A stretch of 64,000 bases of DNA, taken from contig CALWQM010000015.1 of assembly GCA_944383685.1 (NCBI GenBank), positions 57,570-121,569 on the forward strand, read 5' to 3'. A program made the translations under genes and the position numbers. The notes beneath the pieces are model-generated. The model was not told the DNA's origin. It searched no databases and saw only the letters and a list, made by a program, of their open reading frames with translations. Of the stretch, positions 56,794-64,000 are shown piece by piece; the stretch's first letter is position 1; each line of letters starts with the position of its first letter. The stretch comes from an uncultured Clostridia bacterium. Lineage in GTDB: Bacteria; Bacillota; Clostridia; Christensenellales; UBA1242.

Positions 56794-57663
56794 ATGAAAT
56801 ATTTTGAAATTAAAGTCGCGGGCTTAAAAAAAGAAGAAAAATTATATACCTTTTTAAAACAAAATGGGTTTTCCGAGCATTATCTTAAACAATTAAGAAA
56901 CACAAAGGATGCCATAAAAATAAATTATAGAACCGAAAATATTAATGTTGTAATAAATAATGATGACATCATTCAAATTGCCTCAAACCCATTTAAGGCA
57001 ACTGAAATTGAACTTATTAATAAACCTCTTGATATTGTTTATGAAGACGACTATTTTTTGCTTGTCAATAAACCACCAATGCTGGCGACAATGCCTTCAC
57101 GTTCTCATTATAAAGACAACCTTGCTGGTATGGTCTGCAATTACATGAAAGATAAAGACGAAAATTACACTTTAAGAGTGTTCAACCGCCTGGACCGCGA
57201 AGCATGCGGACTGATATTAATATCCAAAAATGCTGTTGTTCATCAAAAAGTGAAAGATATTGAAAAAGAATATTATGCAATTTGCCATGGAACAATTAAG
57301 AAAAAAATCACTGTGAAAGAACCAATTTTAACAATTGTTAACAATGGCATAAACGAAATGAAAAGGGTTTGTTCCCCGCTTGGACAGAGTGCCGAAACCA
57401 CCTTTATACCAATTAAAAACTTTAATAACAAAACCCTTTTAAAGGTCAAAATATTTAAAGGCAGAACTCATCAAATTCGCCTGCATGCCTCCCATATTTC
57501 TCACCCTCTTATTGGCGATAAATTATATGGAATACCGGACGATTTCTATCACACATATCTTTGTCTAAAAAAGATAAATTTTCACTTTGACATAACAAAT
57601 CAAGACTATTCTTTTGAAATCAATCTTCCACCTGAATTTGAAAAGGTTTTAAAAAATTCTTAA
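56794..57663 (+). CDS. RluA-family pseudouridine synthase
   Basis: 289 aa with NRLDREACGLILISK (catalytic Asp context) and GRTHQIRLH motifs. Confidence 0.85.
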   Translation: MKYFEIKVAGLKKEEKLYTFLKQNGFSEHYLKQLRNTKDAIKINYRTENINVVINNDDIIQIASNPFKATEIELINKPLDIVYEDDYFLLVNKPPMLATMPSRSHYKDNLAGMVCNYMKDKDENYTLRVFNRLDREACGLILISKNAVVHQKVKDIEKEYYAICHGTIKKKITVKEPILTIVNNGINEMKRVCSPLGQSAETTFIPIKNFNNKTLLKVKIFKGRTHQIRLHASHISHPLIGDKLYGIPDDFYHTYLCLKKINFHFDITNQDYSFEINLPPEFEKVLKNS

Positions 57664-57725
57664 ATTGCACCAACCAAAAAAATAAAAAACAAAATATTAA
57701 TACTCTATAATTCAACTATAAAAAC

Positions 57726-57756
57726 AAAAAAGACTTTCTTTTGAAAGTCTTTTTGT
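57726..57756. terminator. Bidirectional terminator between the RluA-family gene and the small ORF
   Basis: AAGACTTTC / GAAAGTCTT stem, TTTT loop, A-run upstream and T-run downstream. Confidence 0.7.
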
Positions 57757-57763
57757 TTGGGAA

Positions 57764-57940
57764 CTATTTACTTCTTTTAGAAGCCCCTTTGCAAGATTTT
57801 GAACCTTTTGCTTCCTTAGCAGATTCAGCATTTCTTGCACTAGAACTAGATGACTTAACAGATTTTGCTTCTTTTCCTGCTTCCATGTTAGAGCAGTTTG
57901 AGCAACCCTTACAAGCCTTCTCTTTCTTTTTACCGAACAT
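57764..57940 (-). CDS. Small basic Cys-containing protein (58 aa), absent from the ORF track
   Basis: GGGAGG SD, 6 nt, ATG (57940). Product MFGKKKEKACKGCSNCSNMEAGKEAKSVKSSSSSARNAESAKEAKGSKSCKGASKRSK, TAG stop, terminator immediately downstream. The two longer track ORFs here lack an SD. Confidence 0.6.
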   Translation of the reverse strand: MFGKKKEKACKGCSNCSNMEAGKEAKSVKSSSSSARNAESAKEAKGSKSCKGASKRSK

Positions 57941-58184
57941 AGTTTACCTCCCATTTTTCAAGGATGTTCTCCTTGTTAAATATATTGTTGTTAAAAATAA
58001 CAAATTTATACATATAAAATAAATTTATTTAATGCATAAAATACATGACAACAAAAGTTAATTTATTGGGATAAAGTAAACTGAAATAAAAAATGATTTA
58101 ATTTTCAAATAATTTAGTTTTGATATACATAATTTGCTTAAAACATGTTACTATTCGCTGTCCTTTTTAAGGCAAAAACCAAAC

Positions 58185-58212
58185 AAAAAAGCCTTAGTTC
58201 TCCTAAGGCTTT
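58185..58212 (-). terminator. Intrinsic terminator after the DUF1292 gene
   Basis: AAAGCCTTAG / CTAAGGCTTT stem, 5-nt loop, T-run on the - strand. Confidence 0.75.
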
Positions 58213-58216
58213 AATA

Positions 58217-58615
58217 TTATTTACCTTCTTTCTTACCCTTTTTGGTGTCTTTCTTAGGCTTATTTGCCTCTTCAACAAGGTCATAATACTCGTCAAAAAT
58301 TTTAACAGCAATTGCTTCATCTGGTTCAACTCTAAGCATGCTTGGTTTAACAGTTTCATCAACAAAGAAAACAATTGCCTCATCATCAGCAATATTTTCA
58401 ATTTTGTCAATAGGTTTTAAAATAACATAAACCTTTTCGTTATAAGGAATAACAGCAACTTGTTCAAAAGATAATCTGTTTCCTTTATCATCTTCCAAAA
58501 TGATTGGTTCAGTGTTATTTTCATCAAGAATAACATCTAAGATATCAAATTGGCTAATTTCCTTGTCAACTTCGTTTGAAAGTTCTTCGATTTTTTGAAT
58601 TTTTTTCTTATCCAT
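58217..58615 (-). CDS. DUF1292-family protein (YrzB-like)
   Basis: 132 aa with ILEDDKGNRLSFEQVAVIPYNEKVYVILKPID...DEAIVFFVDE. Sits downstream of ruvX, as in Bacillus yrrK-yrzB. Confidence 0.7.
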   Translation of the reverse strand: MDKKKIQKIEELSNEVDKEISQFDILDVILDENNTEPIILEDDKGNRLSFEQVAVIPYNEKVYVILKPIDKIENIADDEAIVFFVDETVKPSMLRVEPDEAIAVKIFDEYYDLVEEANKPKKDTKKGKKEGK

Positions 58616-58627
58616 AATTTTCCCCTT

Positions 58628-59047
58628 TTATTTTCTTTCATCAAGATAGTTTTGCAAGATTATTTGAGCAGAAACCTTATCCAAAAGTTCTTTGCGTTTT
58701 TCCCAACTAAGTTTAGCTTCTTTTAAATACTCCTCTGCCTCAAAAGATGTGTATCTTTCATCTTGATAAAAAACTTTAATTTGTGAATACTCAAAAAGTG
58801 CTTGTCCAAAGTTTTGAACATATTTTGACATTTCACTTTCAGTGCCATCTGCATTGAGTGGTAAGCCAATCACAATGAAGCCAACATCTTTTTCTTTTGC
58901 AAGGTTTGTTAAGAATTTTATATCTTCTTCCTGCCCTTTACATTTATAAACCCTGTCAGCATTTGCGATTGTGCAAGTTAAATCGGAAAATGCGATTCCA
59001 ATTCTTGCCTTACCATAATCAAGCCCCATATATCTTTTATATTGCAT
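58628..59047 (-). CDS. ruvX: YqgF/RuvX-family putative pre-16S rRNA nuclease
   Basis: 139 aa with YMGLDYGKARIGIAFSD and DERYTSFEAE motifs. Confidence 0.85.
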   Translation of the reverse strand: MQYKRYMGLDYGKARIGIAFSDLTCTIANADRVYKCKGQEEDIKFLTNLAKEKDVGFIVIGLPLNADGTESEMSKYVQNFGQALFEYSQIKVFYQDERYTSFEAEEYLKEAKLSWEKRKELLDKVSAQIILQNYLDERK

Positions 59048-59115
59048 ATATCACCATTATCATTTTAATTTAATTCTAACAAATTGTCAAACAATTTAGC
59101 ATATTTTTAAAGATT

Positions 59116-61608
59116 TTATTTGCAGTCAAACAAAGTTTTGCCTTCGCCAACATTAACAGTGAGAGGAACCTTAAAAGCTTTAACATTTTCCATGCAACTT
59201 TTAACAATTTTCTCCACCTTTTCAAGTTCTTCCTTTTTAACATCAATAACAAGTTCGTCATGCACCTGCAAAATGATATGACTCTCAAGCCCTTTTAACT
59301 CCCGAAAAGTGGAAATCATGGCAAGTTTAATAATGTCCGACGCTGTGCCTTGAAGTGGCATATTCATTGCCACACGTTCGCCAAATTTTCTTACATTATA
59401 GTTTGAAGACGAAAGTTCTGGAATCATTCTAATTCTTCCAAAAACGGTTTTTGCATAACCATTTTCCTTGGCAAACTCAATGTTTTTATCCATATACTCT
59501 TTAATTTTTGGATAACGAGTGAAATAACTGTCTATATATGCTTTTGCTTTCATTCTTGACGTTTTAATGTTTTGCGAAAGCCCATAATCACTTATGCCAT
59601 AAACAATGCCAAAATTAACCGCTTTTGCATCCCTACGCATACTTGCTGAAACCTTATCAATAGGAACATTGAAAATTTCACTTGCTGTTTTTGTGTGAAT
59701 GTCAATTCCATGCTGATAGGACTCAATCATAGAATCTTCTTCTGCCAAGTTTGCAAGAAGCCTTAACTCAATTTGGTTATAGTCCGCTGAAACAATCAAC
59801 CCATCTTCAAACTTAGAAATGAAAATCTTTCTTAAATTTTTTCCTTCTTCGTCACGAGTTGGAATGTTTTGCATGTTTGGTTCGCTACTTGAAAGCCTAC
59901 CAGTGTTGGTCAAGGTTTGGTTGAAAATTGTGTGAATAACATTGCCCTTGGTTTTGCAAATCTGCTTATAAACATTGATATATGTGCTTTTAAGTTTATA
60001 AACTTTTCTGTAATGAATAATCAAATTAACAATCTCATGGTCAAATCTAAGTTCGTCCAAAATGGCAAAGTTGGTTGACCTTTTTGCATTGTTATAAGGC
60101 ACAATTTTCAGTTTGTCAAACAAAATTGAAGCAACCTGCTTTGGCGAATTAATGTTAAACTCCTCCCCTGCAAGTGAATAGATTTGTTGTTCAAGTTCGC
60201 TTATTTCAGCGGAAATCTTTTCATCAATTTCATCAAGCCCTGTTTCGTCAATCTTAAAGCCTTTTTCTTCCATGTCAGCCAAAACTTCAACAAGCGGAAT
60301 TTCAATTTTGTTATAAACAAAATCAACACCTTTTTCAACCATCATGCTTTCATAATTCTTTTTGTCGTCAAAATAGTCTGCAATATTCTTGGAAAGTTCA
60401 TTGCTGACAGAAGTGAAACAAACATATCTTGCAATTTCAAGGTCAAAAAAGTTTCTAAGATTAATTGAAAGCCTGTGCAAAATTTTCATATCTTCTTTTG
60501 AAGATTTTGTGATTTTTAAGATATTTTCATTTTCAAAAACATCCTTTAATTTTCCTAAAACTTCGTTAAAGTCAATAAAGGAAGAAAATAAGTCAGGGTC
60601 TTTCTTTAAGAAATAAACTTTTTTATTTGAAACAGCAAATTCAAGTTCTTTTATGTTGAACGCAAACTCATTTCTTATTTCACTTTTCATTCTGTCAACA
60701 ATGTCAAGATTATCAATAAGGATTCTTTCAGCACGATTTTCTTCTTTCTTTGGTTCTTTAAAAAGTTCTTCTTTCTTAGAAAAAGAATTAAAGTTCCAAT
60801 ATTCAAAAAATTCTCTAACTTCATTATTGAATGGAAAATCATAAGTGCAGGACTCAATGTCATATTCAAACTCACAATCGGTTTTGATTGTTGCAAGTGT
60901 CTTTGAAAGATATGCCTTATCTTTGTCGTTTTCAAGTTTTTCTTTCAGCTTTCCACTTATCTCACCAATATGCTCATACACGCCATCAAGTGCGCCATAC
61001 TTTTGAAGCAAGGAAAGCGCCGTCTTTTCACCAACTCCTGCCACCCCTGGGATATTGTCGGACGAATCGCCCATAAGTGCTTTAAGTTCAATTATTCCGC
61101 TTGGAGCAAAACCATATTTTTCCTTAATGGCCTTCTCATCCATAATATCAAGTTCTGTGATACCCTTTTTTGTTAGCCAAACAGTGGTGTTGTCATCCAC
61201 AAGTTGCAGCAAATCTCTGTCCCCAGAAAGCAAAATGTTTTCGTTTTTGGAATGTTTGCTGAGTGTTCCAATAATATCGTCAGCTTCAATTCCATCTTGT
61301 TCAAAAACTTTAATACCCATTTTCAAAAGCATTTCTTTGATAAAAGGAAATTGTTTGGATAAATCAAGAGGAGTTTCCTTTCTTGTCCCCTTATAGCCCT
61401 TATATATATCAGTTCTAAAAGTGTGCCTTGAATGGTCAAAAGCAACAGCAATATAGTCTGGTTTTTGTTCCAAAATAAGTTTAATTAAAATGTTTGCAAA
61501 CCCAAAAATAGCGCCAGATGGTTGGGCTTTTATGTTAGATAAATAAGGCATTGCATAAAATGCCCTATTTGCAAGACTGTTACCGTCAACAATTAAAAAT
61601 TTTTTCAT
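59116..61608 (-). CDS. polA: DNA polymerase I
   Basis: 830 aa with a 5' nuclease domain (LIVDGNSLANRAFYA, GDSSDNIPGV) and pol motifs A (ADYNQIELR), B (RRDAKAVNFGIVYG) and C (QVHDEL). Confidence 0.95.
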   Translation of the reverse strand: MKKFLIVDGNSLANRAFYAMPYLSNIKAQPSGAIFGFANILIKLILEQKPDYIAVAFDHSRHTFRTDIYKGYKGTRKETPLDLSKQFPFIKEMLLKMGIKVFEQDGIEADDIIGTLSKHSKNENILLSGDRDLLQLVDDNTTVWLTKKGITELDIMDEKAIKEKYGFAPSGIIELKALMGDSSDNIPGVAGVGEKTALSLLQKYGALDGVYEHIGEISGKLKEKLENDKDKAYLSKTLATIKTDCEFEYDIESCTYDFPFNNEVREFFEYWNFNSFSKKEELFKEPKKEENRAERILIDNLDIVDRMKSEIRNEFAFNIKELEFAVSNKKVYFLKKDPDLFSSFIDFNEVLGKLKDVFENENILKITKSSKEDMKILHRLSINLRNFFDLEIARYVCFTSVSNELSKNIADYFDDKKNYESMMVEKGVDFVYNKIEIPLVEVLADMEEKGFKIDETGLDEIDEKISAEISELEQQIYSLAGEEFNINSPKQVASILFDKLKIVPYNNAKRSTNFAILDELRFDHEIVNLIIHYRKVYKLKSTYINVYKQICKTKGNVIHTIFNQTLTNTGRLSSSEPNMQNIPTRDEEGKNLRKIFISKFEDGLIVSADYNQIELRLLANLAEEDSMIESYQHGIDIHTKTASEIFNVPIDKVSASMRRDAKAVNFGIVYGISDYGLSQNIKTSRMKAKAYIDSYFTRYPKIKEYMDKNIEFAKENGYAKTVFGRIRMIPELSSSNYNVRKFGERVAMNMPLQGTASDIIKLAMISTFRELKGLESHIILQVHDELVIDVKKEELEKVEKIVKSCMENVKAFKVPLTVNVGEGKTLFDCK

Positions 61609-61642
61609 TAAATATCCTTTTGTATCGTGGTTTATTAGTTTT

Positions 61643-61960
61643 CTACATCAAAAGTGGAGTGATTTGAGCAAACCAACTATAAATAAACTCTGGGCATGCC
61701 ATAACAATAATGTAAATCACAATGGCAACAATAAGAAGTATAAAGAAAACAACTTTAAGTGGACTTCCTGCAAAATTGACAAGTGCAAAACAGAAAATAA
61801 TTGCCACTCCGCCAAAGTTAACAATGGCTCTAAACCAAGGCTCAAAACCGCCCATATCTGGGTTCCATTCTGGCACAGCCTCCATAACAACATTAACAAT
61901 CAAAAAGCCAATGTAGATAATTGAGAGAACAGAAAGAACAGTGTAAAGAATTTTTTTCAT
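61643..61960 (-). CDS. Hypothetical small membrane protein (3 TM)
   Basis: 105-aa hydrophobic ORF with a GGAGGAAAT SD. No recognisable family. Confidence 0.5.
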   Translation of the reverse strand: MKKILYTVLSVLSIIYIGFLIVNVVMEAVPEWNPDMGGFEPWFRAIVNFGGVAIIFCFALVNFAGSPLKVVFFILLIVAIVIYIIVMACPEFIYSWFAQITPLLM

Positions 61961-62113
61961 ATTTCCTCCAATAAAAAGATTTTATCATAAATATATTTTA
62001 AAAACAAGGAATTAAAGCATTTTGCACATTTTATTATTATTAATTTTAAATAAAATATATCCTGTTGCAATGAAAAAATTTATAATAAGGTTTTCATTAT
62101 TTATAAAAACAAT

Positions 62114-62317
62114 TTAATCTTCTAAACCACAAAGATAATCTGCTGAAACCTTAAAAAATTTTGCCAAAATAACAATTTCATCCAAATTAGGTAGCCTTTC
62201 GCCCCTTTCACATCGACTTAAACTATCCTTATTTATGTTTGTTTTTAAAGATAATTGTCTTAGAGTTAAATTCTCTTCTAAACGCAATTCTTTTAATCTT
62301 TCTCCAAAAACACTCAT
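62114..62317 (-). CDS. XRE-family HTH transcriptional regulator (cI-like)
   Basis: 67 aa with FGERLKELRLEENLTLRQLSLKTNINKDSLSRCERGERLPNLDEIVILAKFF and an AAGGAGA SD. Confidence 0.75.
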   Translation of the reverse strand: MSVFGERLKELRLEENLTLRQLSLKTNINKDSLSRCERGERLPNLDEIVILAKFFKVSADYLCGLED

Positions 62318-62361
62318 TTTTATCTCCTTAAATTATTTTACATCAAATAGCTATAAAATGC

Positions 62362-62391
62362 TTGACTGTATCTATTTAGATACAATATAAT
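62362..62391 (+). promoter_or_regulatory. Promoter with embedded palindromic operator
   Basis: TTGACT (62362..62367), spacer made of the palindrome GTATCTA-TT-TAGATAC (62368..62383), TATAAT (62386..62391). A further GTATC half-site lies at 62392..62396. Confidence 0.55.
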
Positions 62392-62424
62392 GTATCAAAA
62401 TTGATATTTGAAAGGAGTAAAATT

Positions 62425-62667
62425 ATGAAAAAATCTAAAAAGCCAAATAATATTGAAGATAGTTACTCAATAAATGCTGACCTGATTTTGAAAACTTTAA
62501 AAGCAAAAAATTATACTGTTGAAAGTTTTGCAAAATTTGCTTGTATTCCCCTTGATGATTTTCAAAAAATTTTAAATAACAACAAACATCTTCCGCTTTG
62601 GTATTTGGTGAAAATATCAAGGCTTTTAAACATAAATTATGAAAACCTTTTCATTACAAGAAAATAA
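62425..62667 (+). CDS. Small HTH protein (Cro/XRE-like), divergent from the XRE gene
   Basis: ATG at 62425 follows an AAAGGAG SD. YTVESFAKFACIPLDDFQKILNNNKHLPLWYLVKISRLLNINYENLF has an HTH_XRE-like layout. Confidence 0.6.
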   Translation: MKKSKKPNNIEDSYSINADLILKTLKAKNYTVESFAKFACIPLDDFQKILNNNKHLPLWYLVKISRLLNINYENLFITRK

Positions 62668-62696
62668 AAGTTTTTACATGATTTTATAAATAAAAA

Positions 62697-62723
62697 ATAA
62701 CCGCAAAACGCGGTTATCTTTTT
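62697..62723. terminator. Bidirectional terminator
   Basis: ATAACCGC / GCGGTTAT stem, 5-nt loop, A-run upstream and T-run downstream. Sits between the convergent HTH and holin-like genes. Confidence 0.75.
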
Positions 62724-63129
62724 ACTTTTCACCAATATCATCTTTTATTTTATCACTTTCTTCACTTAAATTTTCTTCATTTGCATTTATGTTTGTGTTT
62801 TCACTTACCTTGTTTTCATTGTTTTCTAAACAAACATTGTCAACATTTTCACTTACCTTATTTTCATCATCCCCCACATTTTCGCTTGATTCTTCTGTTT
62901 GATCTGTTACGTCATTGTTGTTGCCATTTTCCTCTTTTGAGCCATCATCTTTTGTGACAAGCCCAAACACCACTAAAAGCCCAGCAACCGACATCACACA
63001 ACTTTCAACAATTTCATTTTCAATTTCAAAGCCAAAAATTTTTCCAAGGCAGTTCAAAAAAACAATTAAAGCACCAGAAAAGGACAGCCAGAAACTGTAA
63101 TGTTTCATTCTTTCAAATAGATTCTTCAT
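62722..63129 (-). CDS. Putative holin-like membrane protein with acidic C-terminal tail
   Basis: 135 aa with two TM segments and a D/E/N-rich tail. Two closely spaced Met starts (M1, M8). Overlaps the bhlA-like gene by 17 nt. Confidence 0.4.
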   Translation of the reverse strand: MKNLFERMKHYSFWLSFSGALIVFLNCLGKIFGFEIENEIVESCVMSVAGLLVVFGLVTKDDGSKEENGNNNDVTDQTEESSENVGDDENKVSENVDNVCLENNENKVSENTNINANEENLSEESDKIKDDIGEK

Positions 63130-63346
63130 ATTCGTCCCCGTCCTTCAAATATTCTTTAATATCAATAATTTCCTGCTTGATGTCATCAAGAGCAAGAAGG
63201 CTTGCTGTTAAATTTTCAATTGTTTGCTGATATTTTTCTTCTCGTTTAGAGGAATCTTTAATTTGGAACAGGAAAAGCCAAACAAACAAAACGGCAAAAA
63301 TTCCATTGCTTACAATCGTGCTTAGAATTTCATTCCAAATTTCCAT
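63113..63346 (-). CDS. bhlA: BhlA/UviB-family holin-like protein
   Basis: ATG at 63346 follows a GGAGA SD. MEIWNEILSTIVSNGIFAVLFVWLFLFQIKDSSKREEKYQQTIENL resembles BhlA/UviB (single TM followed by a SKRE..KY coiled region), from memory. Confidence 0.6.
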   Translation of the reverse strand: MEIWNEILSTIVSNGIFAVLFVWLFLFQIKDSSKREEKYQQTIENLTASLLALDDIKQEIIDIKEYLKDGDEYEESI

Positions 63347-63466
63347 GATTTTTCTCCAATTTAACATCCTCTTTTAAACTTAAAATTTTATCGACCATGA
63401 TATTCTCCCCTTTTAAGTAAAAAAGTTTTTTTGTGTAAAAATTTATATAATTTCTGCAAATCAACT

Positions 63467-64000
63467 TCATGAAATAACATCAAAAACAATCATAGGTTTT
63501 GAAATGTGGCTTTCAGCTTCATCTGTTTTAAAAACAATTTGAAAATTTTTTCCAACAACATTGGCGCATATCCTTTGCTCATAGTCTTTACCTTCAAAAG
63601 AATAGGTCTTACTTTCATCATTTGAAATTATTTCCACTTCACAAGGGTTTGTTGTTGTTAAAATGATTTCTTTAATTCTTTTTTCCTTGCCTTTATAACC
63701 AAAATCTGTGTTAAATGATTTCCAAACTTTGTTTGTGACAGTGTTAAATATTTTTCCATTATGTGTAAGTTCACCAATATGTCCGCAGTTGCTTCCGTTA
63801 AAACATGCCACCACTTTGCTGAAAAATGGAATGTCAACAGCAATGATTTTTTTAATATCCACTCCTCTAAGCATTTCCACCTTTCCAGTTTCAATGTCAA
63901 TTTCAAAGAGGACATTATTTTTGAAGTTCTGCTCAGTTTCACACCCCAAAGTTAAATCATCATCAAACTTACAACGTGTTGCAAGGTAATATTTTCCGTC
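63467..64000 (-). CDS. Hypothetical protein, 5' end beyond the window (possible phage structural protein)
   Basis: The reading frame stays open to the window edge upstream of the track TTG start. Lies directly upstream of the holin-like genes. No recognisable family. Confidence 0.45.
   Translation of the reverse strand, partial: DGKYYLATRCKFDDDLTLGCETEQNFKNNVLFEIDIETGKVEMLRGVDIKKIIAVDIPFFSKVVACFNGSNCGHIGELTHNGKIFNTVTNKVWKSFNTDFGYKGKEKRIKEIILTTTNPCEVEIISNDESKTYSFEGKDYEQRICANVVGKNFQIVFKTDEAESHISKPMIVFDVIS

Noticed and set aside
57764-57940. The small Cys-containing ORF as a SCIFF-like or other radical-SAM RiPP precursor.
   Set aside because: No radical-SAM maturase, protease or transporter gene is adjacent. 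The Cys count and spacing differ from SCIFF as I remember it.
57712-58022. Track ORFs 57712..57954 (-) and 57741..58022 (+).
   Set aside because: Neither has an SD or a plausible promoter. The third frame on the - strand (57764..57940) has a GGGAGG SD and a terminator and explains the region better.

Overview
AT-rich Bacillota (Firmicutes)-type chromosomal segment read with the standard code: TGA is a stop (the xseB TGA overlaps the proS ATG) and all conserved genes are intact. It is dense with housekeeping genes: nusB-xseAB-proS, infC-rpmI-rplT, tig-clpP-clpX, comM-dprA-topA, nifS-nifU, rny, tgt-queA-ruvBAC, recN-argR, pheST-nifZ-thiI and polA. I found no rRNA, tRNA, CRISPR array or transposase.

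Strongest signal: gene orientation flips convergently at about 33 kb. 28 of 29 genes to the left are on +, and 26 of 28 to the right are on -. The flip falls in an 887-bp gene-free gap, which I read as the replication terminus. That gap holds a perfect 14-6-14 palindrome (33030..33063) resembling a single-recombinase dif site, set in an array of direct ~20-bp repeats.

Related observations:
- A XerS-like tyrosine recombinase lies 15 kb away.
- The conserved topA-trmFO-xerC-hslV-hslU-codY cluster is decayed. xerC, hslV and codY are absent, the TrmFO homologue seems to lack both catalytic Cys, and HslU lacks the usual C-terminal tail.

Other points:
- a dispersed palindromic intergenic repeat family at 5 loci
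- a recurring TATTTT-TAGC-AAAATA palindrome
- two very large GLUG-repeat secreted proteins, one broken by a frameshift
- a membrane-anchored PadR-like regulator
- a stand-alone JAB/MPN-like protein
- an unlisted 58-aa Cys-containing basic ORF
- several apparently leaderless promoters
- a Phe T-box, an L20-type infC attenuator with an ATT start, and ARG boxes
- a prophage-like remnant at the right edge (cI/Cro-like pair plus holin genes, no endolysin)

All calls come from reading the sequence and the ORF track by eye. Nothing was searched or computed.
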